From Clostridia bacterium (GTDB lineage: Bacteria > Bacillota > Clostridia > Christensenellales > Aristaeellaceae): a stretch of DNA of 21,173 bases. This document shows, in pieces, positions 6,690 through 14,598 of the stretch; position 1 is the first letter of the stretch; every line of letters begins with the position of its first letter. The notes under the pieces are model-generated. The model was given only the letters and a program-made list of their open reading frames with translations, was not told the origin of the DNA and searched no databases. Position numbers and translations under genes: made by a program. Location of the stretch: contig JAZRWA010000057.1 in the NCBI GenBank assembly GCA_045599485.1, positions 1 through 21,173 of the forward strand, read 5' to 3'.

Positions 6690-6698
6690 ATTATACCA
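6690..6698 (-). promoter_or_regulatory. extended -10 promoter candidate for the two-component operon
   Basis: The minus strand reads TGGTATAAT (the TGn-TATAAT form), 31 nt upstream of ATG 6658. There is no good -35, which is compatible with an extended -10 promoter. Confidence 0.35.
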
Positions 6699-6728
6699 TA
6701 CCCCCGCGGGATGCCGCTACCCGCGGCG

Positions 6729-6761
6729 TAAAAAAATCGCCGTCCCACACGAACGGCGATT
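6729..6761 (-). terminator. rho-independent terminator after the ygjV-like gene
   Basis: The minus strand has AATCGCCGT-(9-nt loop)-ACGGCGATT followed by TTTTTTT (plus-strand A-run 6730-6736). It starts 7 nt after the stop at 6768. Confidence 0.65.
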
Positions 6762-6767
6762 CGCTCT

Positions 6768-7295
6768 TCAGTTTTCCACACGATCGAGGTTTTTCCAGCC
6801 GAAGCGGAGGACGGACACCGCCATCGACGCCTCGCTGATCACCTCATCCACCACGCCCGCCCAGGAGCCGACGATCACATTGTACACGATCCACAGCGGC
6901 GAGTTGATGAACATGCCCGCGGCACGCACCTTTTGCGGGTTTTTGGTATACCCGGCAATGGTGGAAGCAATGTTGGCCATGACGGGCAGGATGGAGATCA
7001 CGCCGCTCCACGTCAAGGCCATGGCCGCCAGCTGCAGACCGCAAAGGACCGCGCACATGCCCCTGCCTTTGGCCGCCTTCCATTTGCTTTGCAGGCAAAA
7101 GGAGCGCACGCAGTTGATGATGTAGCTCACACCGCCCGTGACCGCCCCCAGCAGCAGCAGATGCGACGTGTAGAAAATATAGGAAAACAGCTGCACCCGG
7201 AACAGGTTTTTGTTCTCCCTGCACTGAAAGGAGAGAAAAAACAGCCCCGTGCCCGCAAAGCCGATCAGCTGGATCAGAATATCCCTCAAATTCAT
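6768..7295 (-). CDS. YgjV-family inner membrane protein
   Basis: 175 aa and multi-TM. The pattern IQLIGFAGTGLFFLSFQ....N....Q........H..LLG...G, together with the later NSPLWIVYN, is typical of the YgjV family as remembered. GGTGAAGGA is the RBS. Stop is TGA. Confidence 0.7.
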   Translation of the reverse strand: MNLRDILIQLIGFAGTGLFFLSFQCRENKNLFRVQLFSYIFYTSHLLLLGAVTGGVSYIINCVRSFCLQSKWKAAKGRGMCAVLCGLQLAAMALTWSGVISILPVMANIASTIAGYTKNPQKVRAAGMFINSPLWIVYNVIVGSWAGVVDEVISEASMAVSVLRFGWKNLDRVEN

Positions 7296-7327
7296 TCCTT
7301 CACCTGTTTAAATCGTTATGCCGCGGC

Positions 7328-7852
7328 TTATTTTTCCAGCACGTCGATCACTTCGCCGATGAACATATCATGCGGCTGCCATTCGCCGTTTTCATCCGGC
7401 GGAAAAACCTTCGGGCTTCCGGCGTAGCTATTTTGTACATCGCTGTGCAGCCCCGCCTTGGCAAAACGCCCCTCGTACAGCTTGCGGCACACAAAGGTCA
7501 CCTCGGCCTCTGCAAAGGTGACGGTGCCGTCGATAGCCACCGGCGTCAGACCGGCGGCTTTTTCCTTGTCCCCGTCGCGCCCGGAGAGCGACCCCATCAC
7601 CTGCAGCGCCTTCTTGTATTCCTCCGAATAGAAGCTGACGGTAAACAGATCGTTTTCCTTCAAGAATTCCGTGGTATAGCGCGCCGGATGCAGGTAGACC
7701 GTGATGGCCTGCCTGGCGCGCCAGATGCTGCCCATGCCGCCCCAGCCGATGGTGCAGGCGTTGTGATGTGCCTCATTCCCCGCCGCCACCAGCGCACCCT
7801 GCCCCTTGAACAGATCAAACGCCTGATACGCTTTCTCCGCGATGTTTTCCAT
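7328..7852 (-). CDS. flavin reductase-like (FMN-binding split-barrel) family protein
   Basis: 174 aa. Blocks FDLFKGQGALVAAGNEAHHNACTIGWGGMGSIWRARQAITVYLHPARYTTEF and YKKALQVMGSLSGRDGDKEKAAGLTP match the clostridial flavin-reductase-domain family pattern as remembered. GGGAGGAAAA is the RBS. Stop is TAA. Confidence 0.7.
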   Translation of the reverse strand: MENIAEKAYQAFDLFKGQGALVAAGNEAHHNACTIGWGGMGSIWRARQAITVYLHPARYTTEFLKENDLFTVSFYSEEYKKALQVMGSLSGRDGDKEKAAGLTPVAIDGTVTFAEAEVTFVCRKLYEGRFAKAGLHSDVQNSYAGSPKVFPPDENGEWQPHDMFIGEVIDVLEK

Positions 7853-7870
7853 TGTTTTTTCCTCCCGTCC

Positions 7871-8468
7871 TTATCGTTCAAGCCACGGCTTCAGCTTGCG
7901 GTTCACCCATTGTATCACCGGGCCGGAAATGCAGATGGTGGCGATCGTGCAGGCGCCAAACTGCCCGCCGAGCAGCATGCCCAGCGCCACCATCAATACG
8001 TCCAGCGCCATGCGCACCCGCCGGATCGGCCAGCGATTGCGCTCTGCCAGGGCAAAGGTGACCGCCTCGTACGATCCGCGCCCCAGCGAGGCCGTGGCAT
8101 ACACGCCCGTGCCCACCGAGAACACGACCACGCCCAGCAGCATCAGCAAAAAATTGATCTCCTTGTGCACGCTGTACACATGCACCCCGGCAAACAGGTC
8201 GATGCAGCTGCTGTAGATCACCTGATACAGCACCGTACCGATGTGGATCTGCTTTTTGTCATAAAACAGCGTAAACAGGATCATCACCACCGCCGCGATA
8301 AATGAGCCCTCCCCGATGGTGATGCCGCACGCAACCGACAACCCCTGCCACAAAATGGCCAGCGTCGCCCCGCCAAAGCCCGCGTGAATGGCCAGCGTGT
8401 GCCATACGCCGCCACCATCGAGCCCAGTACGATCATCATGATCCTGAGCAGAATTCGATCCTTCCGCA
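7871..8468 (-). pseudogene. YczE/YitT-like integral membrane protein with a 1-nt frameshift near 8397-8402
   Basis: The N-terminal 23 codons from ATG 8468 (MRKDRILLRIMMIVLGSMVAAYG, with GAAGGAAA as RBS) are membrane-like. That frame then turns into Arg/Trp-rich nonsense (TRWPFTRALAGRRW...). The adjacent frame continues sensibly as TLAIHAGFGGATLAILWQGLSVACGITIGEGSFIAAVV..., which is the 7871..8353 ORF. Joining the two halves needs one extra nucleotide. Terminal stop is TAA. Confidence 0.6.
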
Positions 8469-8696
8469 TCCGTTTCCTTCTGTTCCGCCGCGGGATCACT
8501 GCCCGGTACGGCAAAACGCCTTTCTTACGCTTTCCATTATAACACGAAATGTCCCGATGGCAAAACCCCTCCCACGCTTGCCGCCCGTTCCGTGTTTCTG
8601 TCAAAATTTTGCTGTCCCGGGGCTTTTTGTTGAGGTTGAGTTGAATTTTGTGTGAAATAATGGAAAAGTGAAAGTCTATCCGGAGGTTTGTTTTCC

Positions 8697-9539
8697 ATGA
8701 GCATCAAAATCTGCGCCGATACCACCTGCGATCTGCCGGAGCATCTGCTTCGCCGCTGGAACATTGATACCTTACCGCTGTATGTGATCAAAAACGGCGA
8801 GGCCTTCCGCGACAATGTGGATATCACCACCGCCGATATTTTTGCCCATGTGGCCGCCGGCGGCGCGCTGTGCTCCACCAGCGCCGTATCGGAGGCCGAT
8901 TACAAAGCCTTTTTCAAGCAGCAGCTGCAGACCTGTGACGGCGTGGTCCACGTGACCATCAGCTCGGACATGTCCGCCTGCTATCAGAATGCCTGCCGTG
9001 CCGCCGAGCAGGTGGGGCATGTGCGCGTGATCGACAGCCGCAACCTGTCGGTGGGCGAGGGGCTCATCGTGCTCAAGGGCGCACGCATGGCCGCCGAGGG
9101 CAATCGCACGCTGGATGAGATCGTCGACGCCATGGAGGCGCTCATTCCCAAGGTGGACTGCTCCTTTGTGATCGATAAGCTGGATTATCTGCGCAAGGGC
9201 GGCCGCTGCTCACCGCTGGCGGCGCTGGGCGCCAATGTGCTGAGCCTCAAGCCCTGCATTGCCGTGCGTGACGGTGCCATGCTGGTGGAAAAAAAGTACC
9301 GCGGCAAGTTTGACAAGGTGCTGCTTTCCTACGTGGAAGATCGCCTGAAGGACGAAACCATTGACCCTTCCTTCCTGTTTGTGGTGCACACCACGCTGAA
9401 TGACGGTGTGCTGGAGAGCGTGAAGGAAAAGTGCGCCGCGGTGCGCGCCTTCGGGGAGGTCGAGGAAGCCGATGCCGGCTGCACCATCGCCTGCCACTGC
9501 GGACCCAACACGCTGGGCGTCATTTATCTGCACAAGTAA
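8697..9539 (+). CDS. DegV-family fatty-acid-binding protein
   Basis: Contains MSIKICADTTCDLPEHLL...IDTLPLYVI..., later STSAVS, and GCTIACHCGPNTLGVIYL at the C-terminus, a typical DegV layout. GGAGG (8682-8686) lies 10 nt upstream of ATG 8697; the track's TTG at 8688 would overlap the RBS. Stop is TAA. Confidence 0.85.
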   Translation: MSIKICADTTCDLPEHLLRRWNIDTLPLYVIKNGEAFRDNVDITTADIFAHVAAGGALCSTSAVSEADYKAFFKQQLQTCDGVVHVTISSDMSACYQNACRAAEQVGHVRVIDSRNLSVGEGLIVLKGARMAAEGNRTLDEIVDAMEALIPKVDCSFVIDKLDYLRKGGRCSPLAALGANVLSLKPCIAVRDGAMLVEKKYRGKFDKVLLSYVEDRLKDETIDPSFLFVVHTTLNDGVLESVKEKCAAVRAFGEVEEADAGCTIACHCGPNTLGVIYLHK

Positions 9540-9559
9540 CAAACCCTTCCGTTTTTTGA

Positions 9560-9587
9560 GCCGTCGGAGCATTCCGGCGGCTTTTTT
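9560..9587 (+). terminator. rho-independent terminator after degV
   Basis: GCCGTCGG-agcatt-CCGGCGGC forms 8 bp including one G-U pair, followed by TTTTTT (9582-9587). Confidence 0.7.
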
Positions 9588-9750
9588 GATGCGGTTTGAT
9601 CGCTCCAAAAGTCAAAAGTCGCATAAATATGCGAGTTTTCTCGCGCGACAAGGGGTGCCGATCGCGGTATGCTTATTACGGATCCGAAAAAGCAATTGCT
9701 GTTCCCCCATCTCTTTCCATGACAAGCAAGATAAAAGGAGCGTAATCCCC

Positions 9751-10710
9751 ATGAAAAAGCAACTGCTCAGCCTGACGCTGATCCTGATGATGCTTCTGTC
9801 CCTCCCCCTGCCCTCTCTGGCGGGTACGGCGCGGGACTGGAATGCCGTGGCAAAGCTGCCCTCTTCCTCCACGCTGAAGACCGCCAAAACCGATGGACGC
9901 GCGCCGTACGTGGTGTTTGCGCCCTCCCTGCCCAGCGGCGGCTTTATCGAGTACGCGGTGGATTTCCGCGCGGATTATCTGCCAAACGGCACCTATCTGG
10001 CGCCGTTCAGCTGGCATTTTGACTTATCTCCGCTCAAAAAGACCTACAAATCCGTCGACAGTCAGCCCGCGTCGGGCTACTGCGGCTTTCAGCGGCTGAC
10101 CAACGGCGACACAGTCGCCATCATGACGCTGTGGAACATCGTCTGCAAAGACAAGAACGGCAAGCGCGTGACCATCCGCCCCAAGGTGATCTACACCGCC
10201 CCGGGCGCCAAGACCGAGGCGATGACCAACGACCGCAGCGGTGAGGGCGATTTCACGCACGTGCTCATCCCCTTTGCCTGGAAGGCAGGCCGCACCTACC
10301 GCCTGCTGGTGCAATTGGGTCAGGTGGAAAGCAACGGCAATGTCAAGGTGCTGATGTATGTACAGGATCTGTCCTCGGGCGGCTGGACACATCTGGTGGA
10401 TTTTGACACCGGCGTGAAGGACATTTATTTCAAGTCGGGCGTCGCGTTTCTGGAGGACTTTTCCTCCGACAACCATGCCGCCATCCGCACCATGGAGCTG
10501 AGCAACGTGCGCGTCAACGCCCGCTCGGGCGGCTGGAAAGCCGTCAAGAAGGGCAGCTTCTACACCTGCTTCAATTACAAGGGCAGCTACACCTACGGCG
10601 CCGACAGCAGCACCTTTTACTGCCTGACCACCGGCGTGCAGAAGTGCTGGTCCAACCCGGGGCAGAAGAGCGTCTCGGTCAAGACCGCCTCTTCCTCCCG
10701 CCCCTATTAA
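9751..10710 (+). CDS. secreted protein of unknown function
   Basis: Start set at ATG 9751 (MKKQLLSLTLILMMLLSLPLPSLAGTARDW, a Sec signal peptide with an SLA-G cleavage site), with AAAAGGAG 9 nt upstream. The 279-nt upstream extension in the track is rejected. The mature part looks beta-rich, with no motif I can name confidently; a vague DUF3472-like impression only. Stop is TAA. Confidence 0.7.
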   Translation: MKKQLLSLTLILMMLLSLPLPSLAGTARDWNAVAKLPSSSTLKTAKTDGRAPYVVFAPSLPSGGFIEYAVDFRADYLPNGTYLAPFSWHFDLSPLKKTYKSVDSQPASGYCGFQRLTNGDTVAIMTLWNIVCKDKNGKRVTIRPKVIYTAPGAKTEAMTNDRSGEGDFTHVLIPFAWKAGRTYRLLVQLGQVESNGNVKVLMYVQDLSSGGWTHLVDFDTGVKDIYFKSGVAFLEDFSSDNHAAIRTMELSNVRVNARSGGWKAVKKGSFYTCFNYKGSYTYGADSSTFYCLTTGVQKCWSNPGQKSVSVKTASSSRPY

Positions 10711-10883
10711 GGAACCCTGCATTTCCGATCCCGGCAGCGGGCATTGTCGCCCGACAGGCGACCCGTTCTTCCCCTGCGTTTGATACGATCTCCCCACCGC
10801 CGGTTGGATCGCTTCCCTGCATCTGACCTTAGTCCGCAGAATGGAAGCGATAAACCAACACGGAAGAAAGGATCAGTGAACAG

Positions 10884-11078
10884 ATGACCGTTTTGATCTA
10901 CATCGTTTGTATTTTGGCCGCCGCTGTCCTTCAGACGCTGCTGCGTTCCCTGTTGGCACAGGGCACGGTATCGATCATTCCCGGAACGGCAGTCTTTTGC
11001 CTCGCCGCGCTTTGGGCCGCCCGAAAATGGTCTTCTTCCCGCAAAGAAAAAAAGCGGTCGAAGGAGGAGCGGCCGTGA
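10884..11078 (+). CDS. small two-TM membrane protein with a basic C-terminal tail (hypothetical)
   Basis: 64 aa: MTVLIYIVCILAAAVLQTLL...IIPGTAVFCLAALWAARKW followed by SSSRKEKKRSKEERP. Its TGA (11076-11078) overlaps the GTG (11075-11077) of the next gene. The RBS is weak (AAAGGA, 14 nt upstream), so coding status is uncertain. Confidence 0.4.
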   Translation: MTVLIYIVCILAAAVLQTLLRSLLAQGTVSIIPGTAVFCLAALWAARKWSSSRKEKKRSKEERP

Positions 11079-12253
11079 ATCAACAACAGATCGGTGATTT
11101 TCTCTGTCAAACGCGGGCAGACGGCACGCTGCGCATCGACCGCTACACCGGCCCGGCCACGGAGCTTGTGATTCCCTCGCGCCTGCACGGCACAAAGGTC
11201 ACCGCCCTTGGCTACAAAGCCTTTGTGCATACCCATCTCCGCCGTATCTTTGTTCCCGACACGGTGACAACGGTGGAAAACGGGGCGTTTTCCGACTGCC
11301 TCACGCTGACAGAGGTGCGCCTGCCATCGCATGCGGACACCCTCGGCGACAGCCTGTTTGCGGGATGTCAGAACCTCATCCGCGTAACGATCCCGTCCGG
11401 CGTGAAGCGCATCGGGGTGCTTGCCTTCTGCGGCTGCAAAAGCCTGAGCAGCCTGACCCTCCCCGCGGGGCTGACCGTTCTCGGCGATCACGCCTTCGCC
11501 CATTGTCACGCTCTGACCGAGGTCGCCCTTCCCGACAGCCTTTGTGAAATGGGTGCTCATCCCTTCCTTTGCTGTAAAAGCCTGCACACGATCGGCGTGC
11601 ACCCCGGCCATGAGGTGTTTGCCGTCGTCGACGGCGCCTTGATCGACAAGCCGCGCAAGCGGCTGATCGGCTATTCCCCCTCCGGGAACCGCGCACGCTA
11701 TGAGGTACCGTCGGGCATTGAGGAGATCGGCAGCAGCGCGTTTGAACGCTGTGAGCACCTGCAGGCGGTCACGCTTCCGGGCACCGTCACTTGCATCGGC
11801 CGGGAGGCCTTCCGCTATTGCCTCCGTCTGACCGACATTTTCCTGCCGGACAGAGCGGTGAGCATCGGTATCGGCGCCCTTGAGGGCTGCATCCGCCTGA
11901 CCCGCTTCACGCTTCCGCGGGACCTCGATCGCATACCGCATCGGATGTTTTTCGGCTGTGTCTGTCTGGAAAACCTGTCCCTCCCGGAGACGGTGGAGGC
12001 CCTCGGTATCAGCGCGTTTGGCAACTGTTCCTCCCTGACCGGGCTCACGGTTCCGGACAAGGTCACCGAGATCATGAATTATGCCTTTGCGGGCTGCAGC
12101 CGCCTGCACCGCGTCACGATCCCGCAGAGCGTTCAAAAATTCGGCGCGTTTGTCTTTGACGCCTGTGATAAAGACCTGTGCCTGACCGTACAGCCCGGCA
12201 GCGCTGCCGAACAATACGCAAAGCAGTGCGGCATCCCCTGTGCCTTTTTCTGA
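11075..12253 (+). CDS. BspA-type leucine-rich repeat (LRR_5) protein, no signal peptide
   Basis: Start set at GTG 11075, with AAGGAGGAG 5 nt upstream, in frame with the track ORF 10907..12253. There are many repeats of the pattern IP..V..IG..AF..C..L..v.LP (for example VTIPSGVKRIGVLAFCGCKSLSSLTLPAGLTVLGDHAFAHCHALTEVALPDSL). The N-terminus VNQQQIGDFLCQTRADGTLRIDRYTG is not hydrophobic. Stop is TGA. Confidence 0.8.
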   Translation: MNQQQIGDFLCQTRADGTLRIDRYTGPATELVIPSRLHGTKVTALGYKAFVHTHLRRIFVPDTVTTVENGAFSDCLTLTEVRLPSHADTLGDSLFAGCQNLIRVTIPSGVKRIGVLAFCGCKSLSSLTLPAGLTVLGDHAFAHCHALTEVALPDSLCEMGAHPFLCCKSLHTIGVHPGHEVFAVVDGALIDKPRKRLIGYSPSGNRARYEVPSGIEEIGSSAFERCEHLQAVTLPGTVTCIGREAFRYCLRLTDIFLPDRAVSIGIGALEGCIRLTRFTLPRDLDRIPHRMFFGCVCLENLSLPETVEALGISAFGNCSSLTGLTVPDKVTEIMNYAFAGCSRLHRVTIPQSVQKFGAFVFDACDKDLCLTVQPGSAAEQYAKQCGIPCAFF

Positions 12254-12261
12254 CCTGACCC

Positions 12262-12292
12262 GCCCCCTGCGCCTGCGCGCAGGGGCTTTTTT
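12262..12292 (+). terminator. rho-independent terminator after the LRR gene
   Basis: GCCCC(C)TGCGC-ctgc-GCGCAGGGGC forms a stem of about 10 bp, followed by TTTTTT (12287-12292). Confidence 0.75.
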
Positions 12293-12325
12293 ATTTGCTT
12301 CCACAGCCGCCTTTCCCCGCCGCGC

Positions 12326-12354
12326 TTGCAAAAAAGCCGCCGCAGGCTTATAAT
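12326..12354 (+). promoter_or_regulatory. sigma-70 promoter of the DUF2461 / phosphohexomutase / tkt / murC operon
   Basis: TTGCAA (12326-12331), a 17-nt spacer, then TATAAT (12349-12354). It lies 33 nt upstream of ATG 12388. Confidence 0.65.
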
Positions 12355-12387
12355 AGAAAACTGGTAAGAAAGGCTTGGTGAAAATCA

Positions 12388-13071
12388 ATGTTTCCCGGTT
12401 TCAGCAACGACCTGCTCTCCTTTTACGCCGATATCCGTTTCAACAACAACAAGGTGTTCATGGACGAGCACCGCAAGGAATACTATCAAAAAGTCCGCGA
12501 CCCGTTTTACGCCTTCATTGAGGAGCTGGCTCCCGTAATGCTCTCCATCGATGAGGATATGGAGGTCCGCCCCTCCAAGTGCCTGTCCCGCATCAACCGC
12601 GATACGCGCTATTCAAGGGACAAATCCCCCTACCGCGACCATCACTGGGTCGCCTTCCGTCAGGCAGCGCGGGACAAGGACGGCCAGCCCTTTTTCTGGT
12701 TTGAGATCCGTCTGGATTCCGTCAGCTGGGGGCTGGGGCTGTGGGGCGAAAACCGCGACCTGCTGGACGAGCTTCGCCGCAAAATGGCGGCCCGCCCCGA
12801 TGAATGGCTGCATCTGACCGGGCTGCTGACCGAAAAAGGCTTTGTGTACGGCGGGCAGCAATGGAAAAAGCTCAAGGTTCCCGAGGGTCTGCCGCTGGCG
12901 CTCGCGCCGCTGTACACCGCGCGCAGCCTGTATTTTGAAAAGGCGGGCATTGACCCATCCTGGATCTTTGAACCCGATATTGTCCGCCGCGTGGCGGAAG
13001 ACTTTCAGCATCTGGCCCCCGTGTGGCGCGCGCTGCGCGGGCAAAACAGCACCGAGGGAGGGATCGTATGA
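12388..13071 (+). CDS. TIGR02453 / DUF2461 family protein
   Basis: 227 aa. FPGFSNDLLSFYADIRFNNNKVFMDEHRKEYYQKVRDPF and RINRDTRYSRDKSPYRDHHW match the DUF2461 family pattern as remembered. Its stop overlaps the next start (ATGA at 13068-13071). Confidence 0.8.
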   Translation: MFPGFSNDLLSFYADIRFNNNKVFMDEHRKEYYQKVRDPFYAFIEELAPVMLSIDEDMEVRPSKCLSRINRDTRYSRDKSPYRDHHWVAFRQAARDKDGQPFFWFEIRLDSVSWGLGLWGENRDLLDELRRKMAARPDEWLHLTGLLTEKGFVYGGQQWKKLKVPEGLPLALAPLYTARSLYFEKAGIDPSWIFEPDIVRRVAEDFQHLAPVWRALRGQNSTEGGIV

Positions 13072-14579
13072 TCGATTACCAGACGCTCAAAAGCGGCACC
13101 GATATCCGCGGACGCGCGCTGGGCGAGGATGCGCCGCTAAGCCGGGAGACCGCGCTTTGCATCGGCGGCGCCTTCATTACCTGGCTGAGTGAAAAGGTGG
13201 GCCGTCCGCCGCAGGAGCTGACCGTTTCCATCGGTCGCGACAGCCGTGTGACCGGCCCCGACCTGCTGGCCGCCTGCGCCGAGGGCATGGCCCGTGAGGG
13301 CGCCCGCGTGTGGGACTTTGGCCTGTGCACCACGCCCGCCATGTTCATGAGTCTGCTGACCGAGGGCTTTGAGGCCGACGCCTCCATCATGGTCACGGCC
13401 AGCCACCACCCCATGGACCGCAACGGCTTCAAATTCTTTTTGCCCAAGGGCGGCCTGTCCGCTCTGGACATCAGCATGATCCTGCACACCGCCGGCACCA
13501 CAGCGCCGGTGGAACGGCCCCATGCCCCCATCGAAAAGCGTGCCTTCCTGCCGGTCTACAAAAAGCAGCTGCAGGATCGGGTGCGCAGCGGTCTGGGCAC
13601 CGAGGAGGCGTGCCCGCTGGTGGGTCTGCACGTGGTGGTGGATGCCGGCAACGGCGCGGGCGGCTTTTATGAAGAGCTGCTGCGTGAGCTGGGTGCCTGG
13701 ACAGAGGGCAGTCAGTTTCTGACCCCCGACGGCCGCTTCCCCAACCACATCCCCAACCCCGAAAATGCCGAGGCCATGGCCTCTGTCAGCCGCGCCGTCA
13801 TCAGCGCGGGGGCCGACCTGGGCGTCATCTTTGATGCCGACTGCGACCGTGCCGCCATTGTTGACGAGGATGGGCGCGAGATCAACCGCAACCGCCTGAT
13901 CGCCCTGATCTCCGCCGTACTGCTTGATAAAACGCCCGGCGCCACCATTGTGACCGACTCGGTCACCTCCAGCGGCCTGGCAGCGTTTATTTCCGACTGG
14001 GGCGGCCGCCATTACCGCTACAAGCGCGGCTACCGCAACGTCATTGACGAGGCCATCCGCCTCAACGAGAGCGGCATCGACTGCCCCCTCGCCATCGAGA
14101 CCAGCGGTCACGCCGCCTTCCGCGAAAATCATTTTCTGGATGACGGCATGTACCTGGTCACCGTGCTGCTGGTACAGGCCATGCGCATGAAGCGCGAGGG
14201 CAAGGCGCTCTCCTGCCTGCTGGAGGGGCTCAAGGAGCCCATCGAAAGCGCTGAGCTGCGATTGAACATTCTGGCCCCCGATTTCCGTCAGGCCGGCAAG
14301 GCGCTCATCACCCGTGTGATGGACCACGCCAACTTTGCGCCGGACTGGCACATTGCCCCCGACAACCGCGAGGGCGTGCGCATCGCCTTTGACCTGAGCG
14401 GCGGGCTCAACAATGCCTGGTTCCTGCTGCGCCTGTCCGTACACGACCCGGTGCTGCCGCTCAACTGCGAAAGCGATGTCGAGGGCGGTGTCAAACAAAT
14501 GCTGACCCTGCTGCTTGATGTCATCGGCGATACCGCCGATACCGATATCTCTCCCATTCGGAACTACATCAATTCGTAA
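13068..14579 (+). CDS. phosphoglucomutase/phosphomannomutase family protein (alpha-D-phosphohexomutase)
   Basis: Start set at ATG 13068 (MIDYQTLKSGTDIRGRALG...), with GGGAGGGA upstream. It has the active-site loop MVTASHHPMDRNGFKF (phosphoserine motif, TASHNP-like), the metal-binding loop FDADCDRAAIVDEDG and the sugar-binding block IETSGHAAF. Stop is TAA. Confidence 0.9.
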   Translation: MIDYQTLKSGTDIRGRALGEDAPLSRETALCIGGAFITWLSEKVGRPPQELTVSIGRDSRVTGPDLLAACAEGMAREGARVWDFGLCTTPAMFMSLLTEGFEADASIMVTASHHPMDRNGFKFFLPKGGLSALDISMILHTAGTTAPVERPHAPIEKRAFLPVYKKQLQDRVRSGLGTEEACPLVGLHVVVDAGNGAGGFYEELLRELGAWTEGSQFLTPDGRFPNHIPNPENAEAMASVSRAVISAGADLGVIFDADCDRAAIVDEDGREINRNRLIALISAVLLDKTPGATIVTDSVTSSGLAAFISDWGGRHYRYKRGYRNVIDEAIRLNESGIDCPLAIETSGHAAFRENHFLDDGMYLVTVLLVQAMRMKREGKALSCLLEGLKEPIESAELRLNILAPDFRQAGKALITRVMDHANFAPDWHIAPDNREGVRIAFDLSGGLNNAWFLLRLSVHDPVLPLNCESDVEGGVKQMLTLLLDVIGDTADTDISPIRNYINS

Positions 14580-14598
14580 TATAAGGAGAACAAGAAAA

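Noticed and set aside
9607-9644. The inverted repeat TCGCATA-aa-TATGCGA (9619-9634), the direct repeat aaaagtc x2, and the hairpin GCGAG-tttt-CTCGC, all upstream of the secreted-protein gene.
   Set aside because: I could not place a convincing -35/-10 around them or link them to a regulator in the window. They may be an operator or leader structure, but the evidence is too thin.
9472-9750. Upstream extensions of track ORFs: 9472 for the secreted protein, 13023 for the mutase, 14515 for tkt, 10907 for the LRR protein, 4953 for the HTH protein, 6781 for the response regulator and 8604 for the yczE-like gene.
   Set aside because: The extensions overlap upstream genes or terminators and translate to non-protein-like sequence. 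Internal starts with good Shine-Dalgarno sequences give canonical N-termini (signal peptides, receiver domain and so on).
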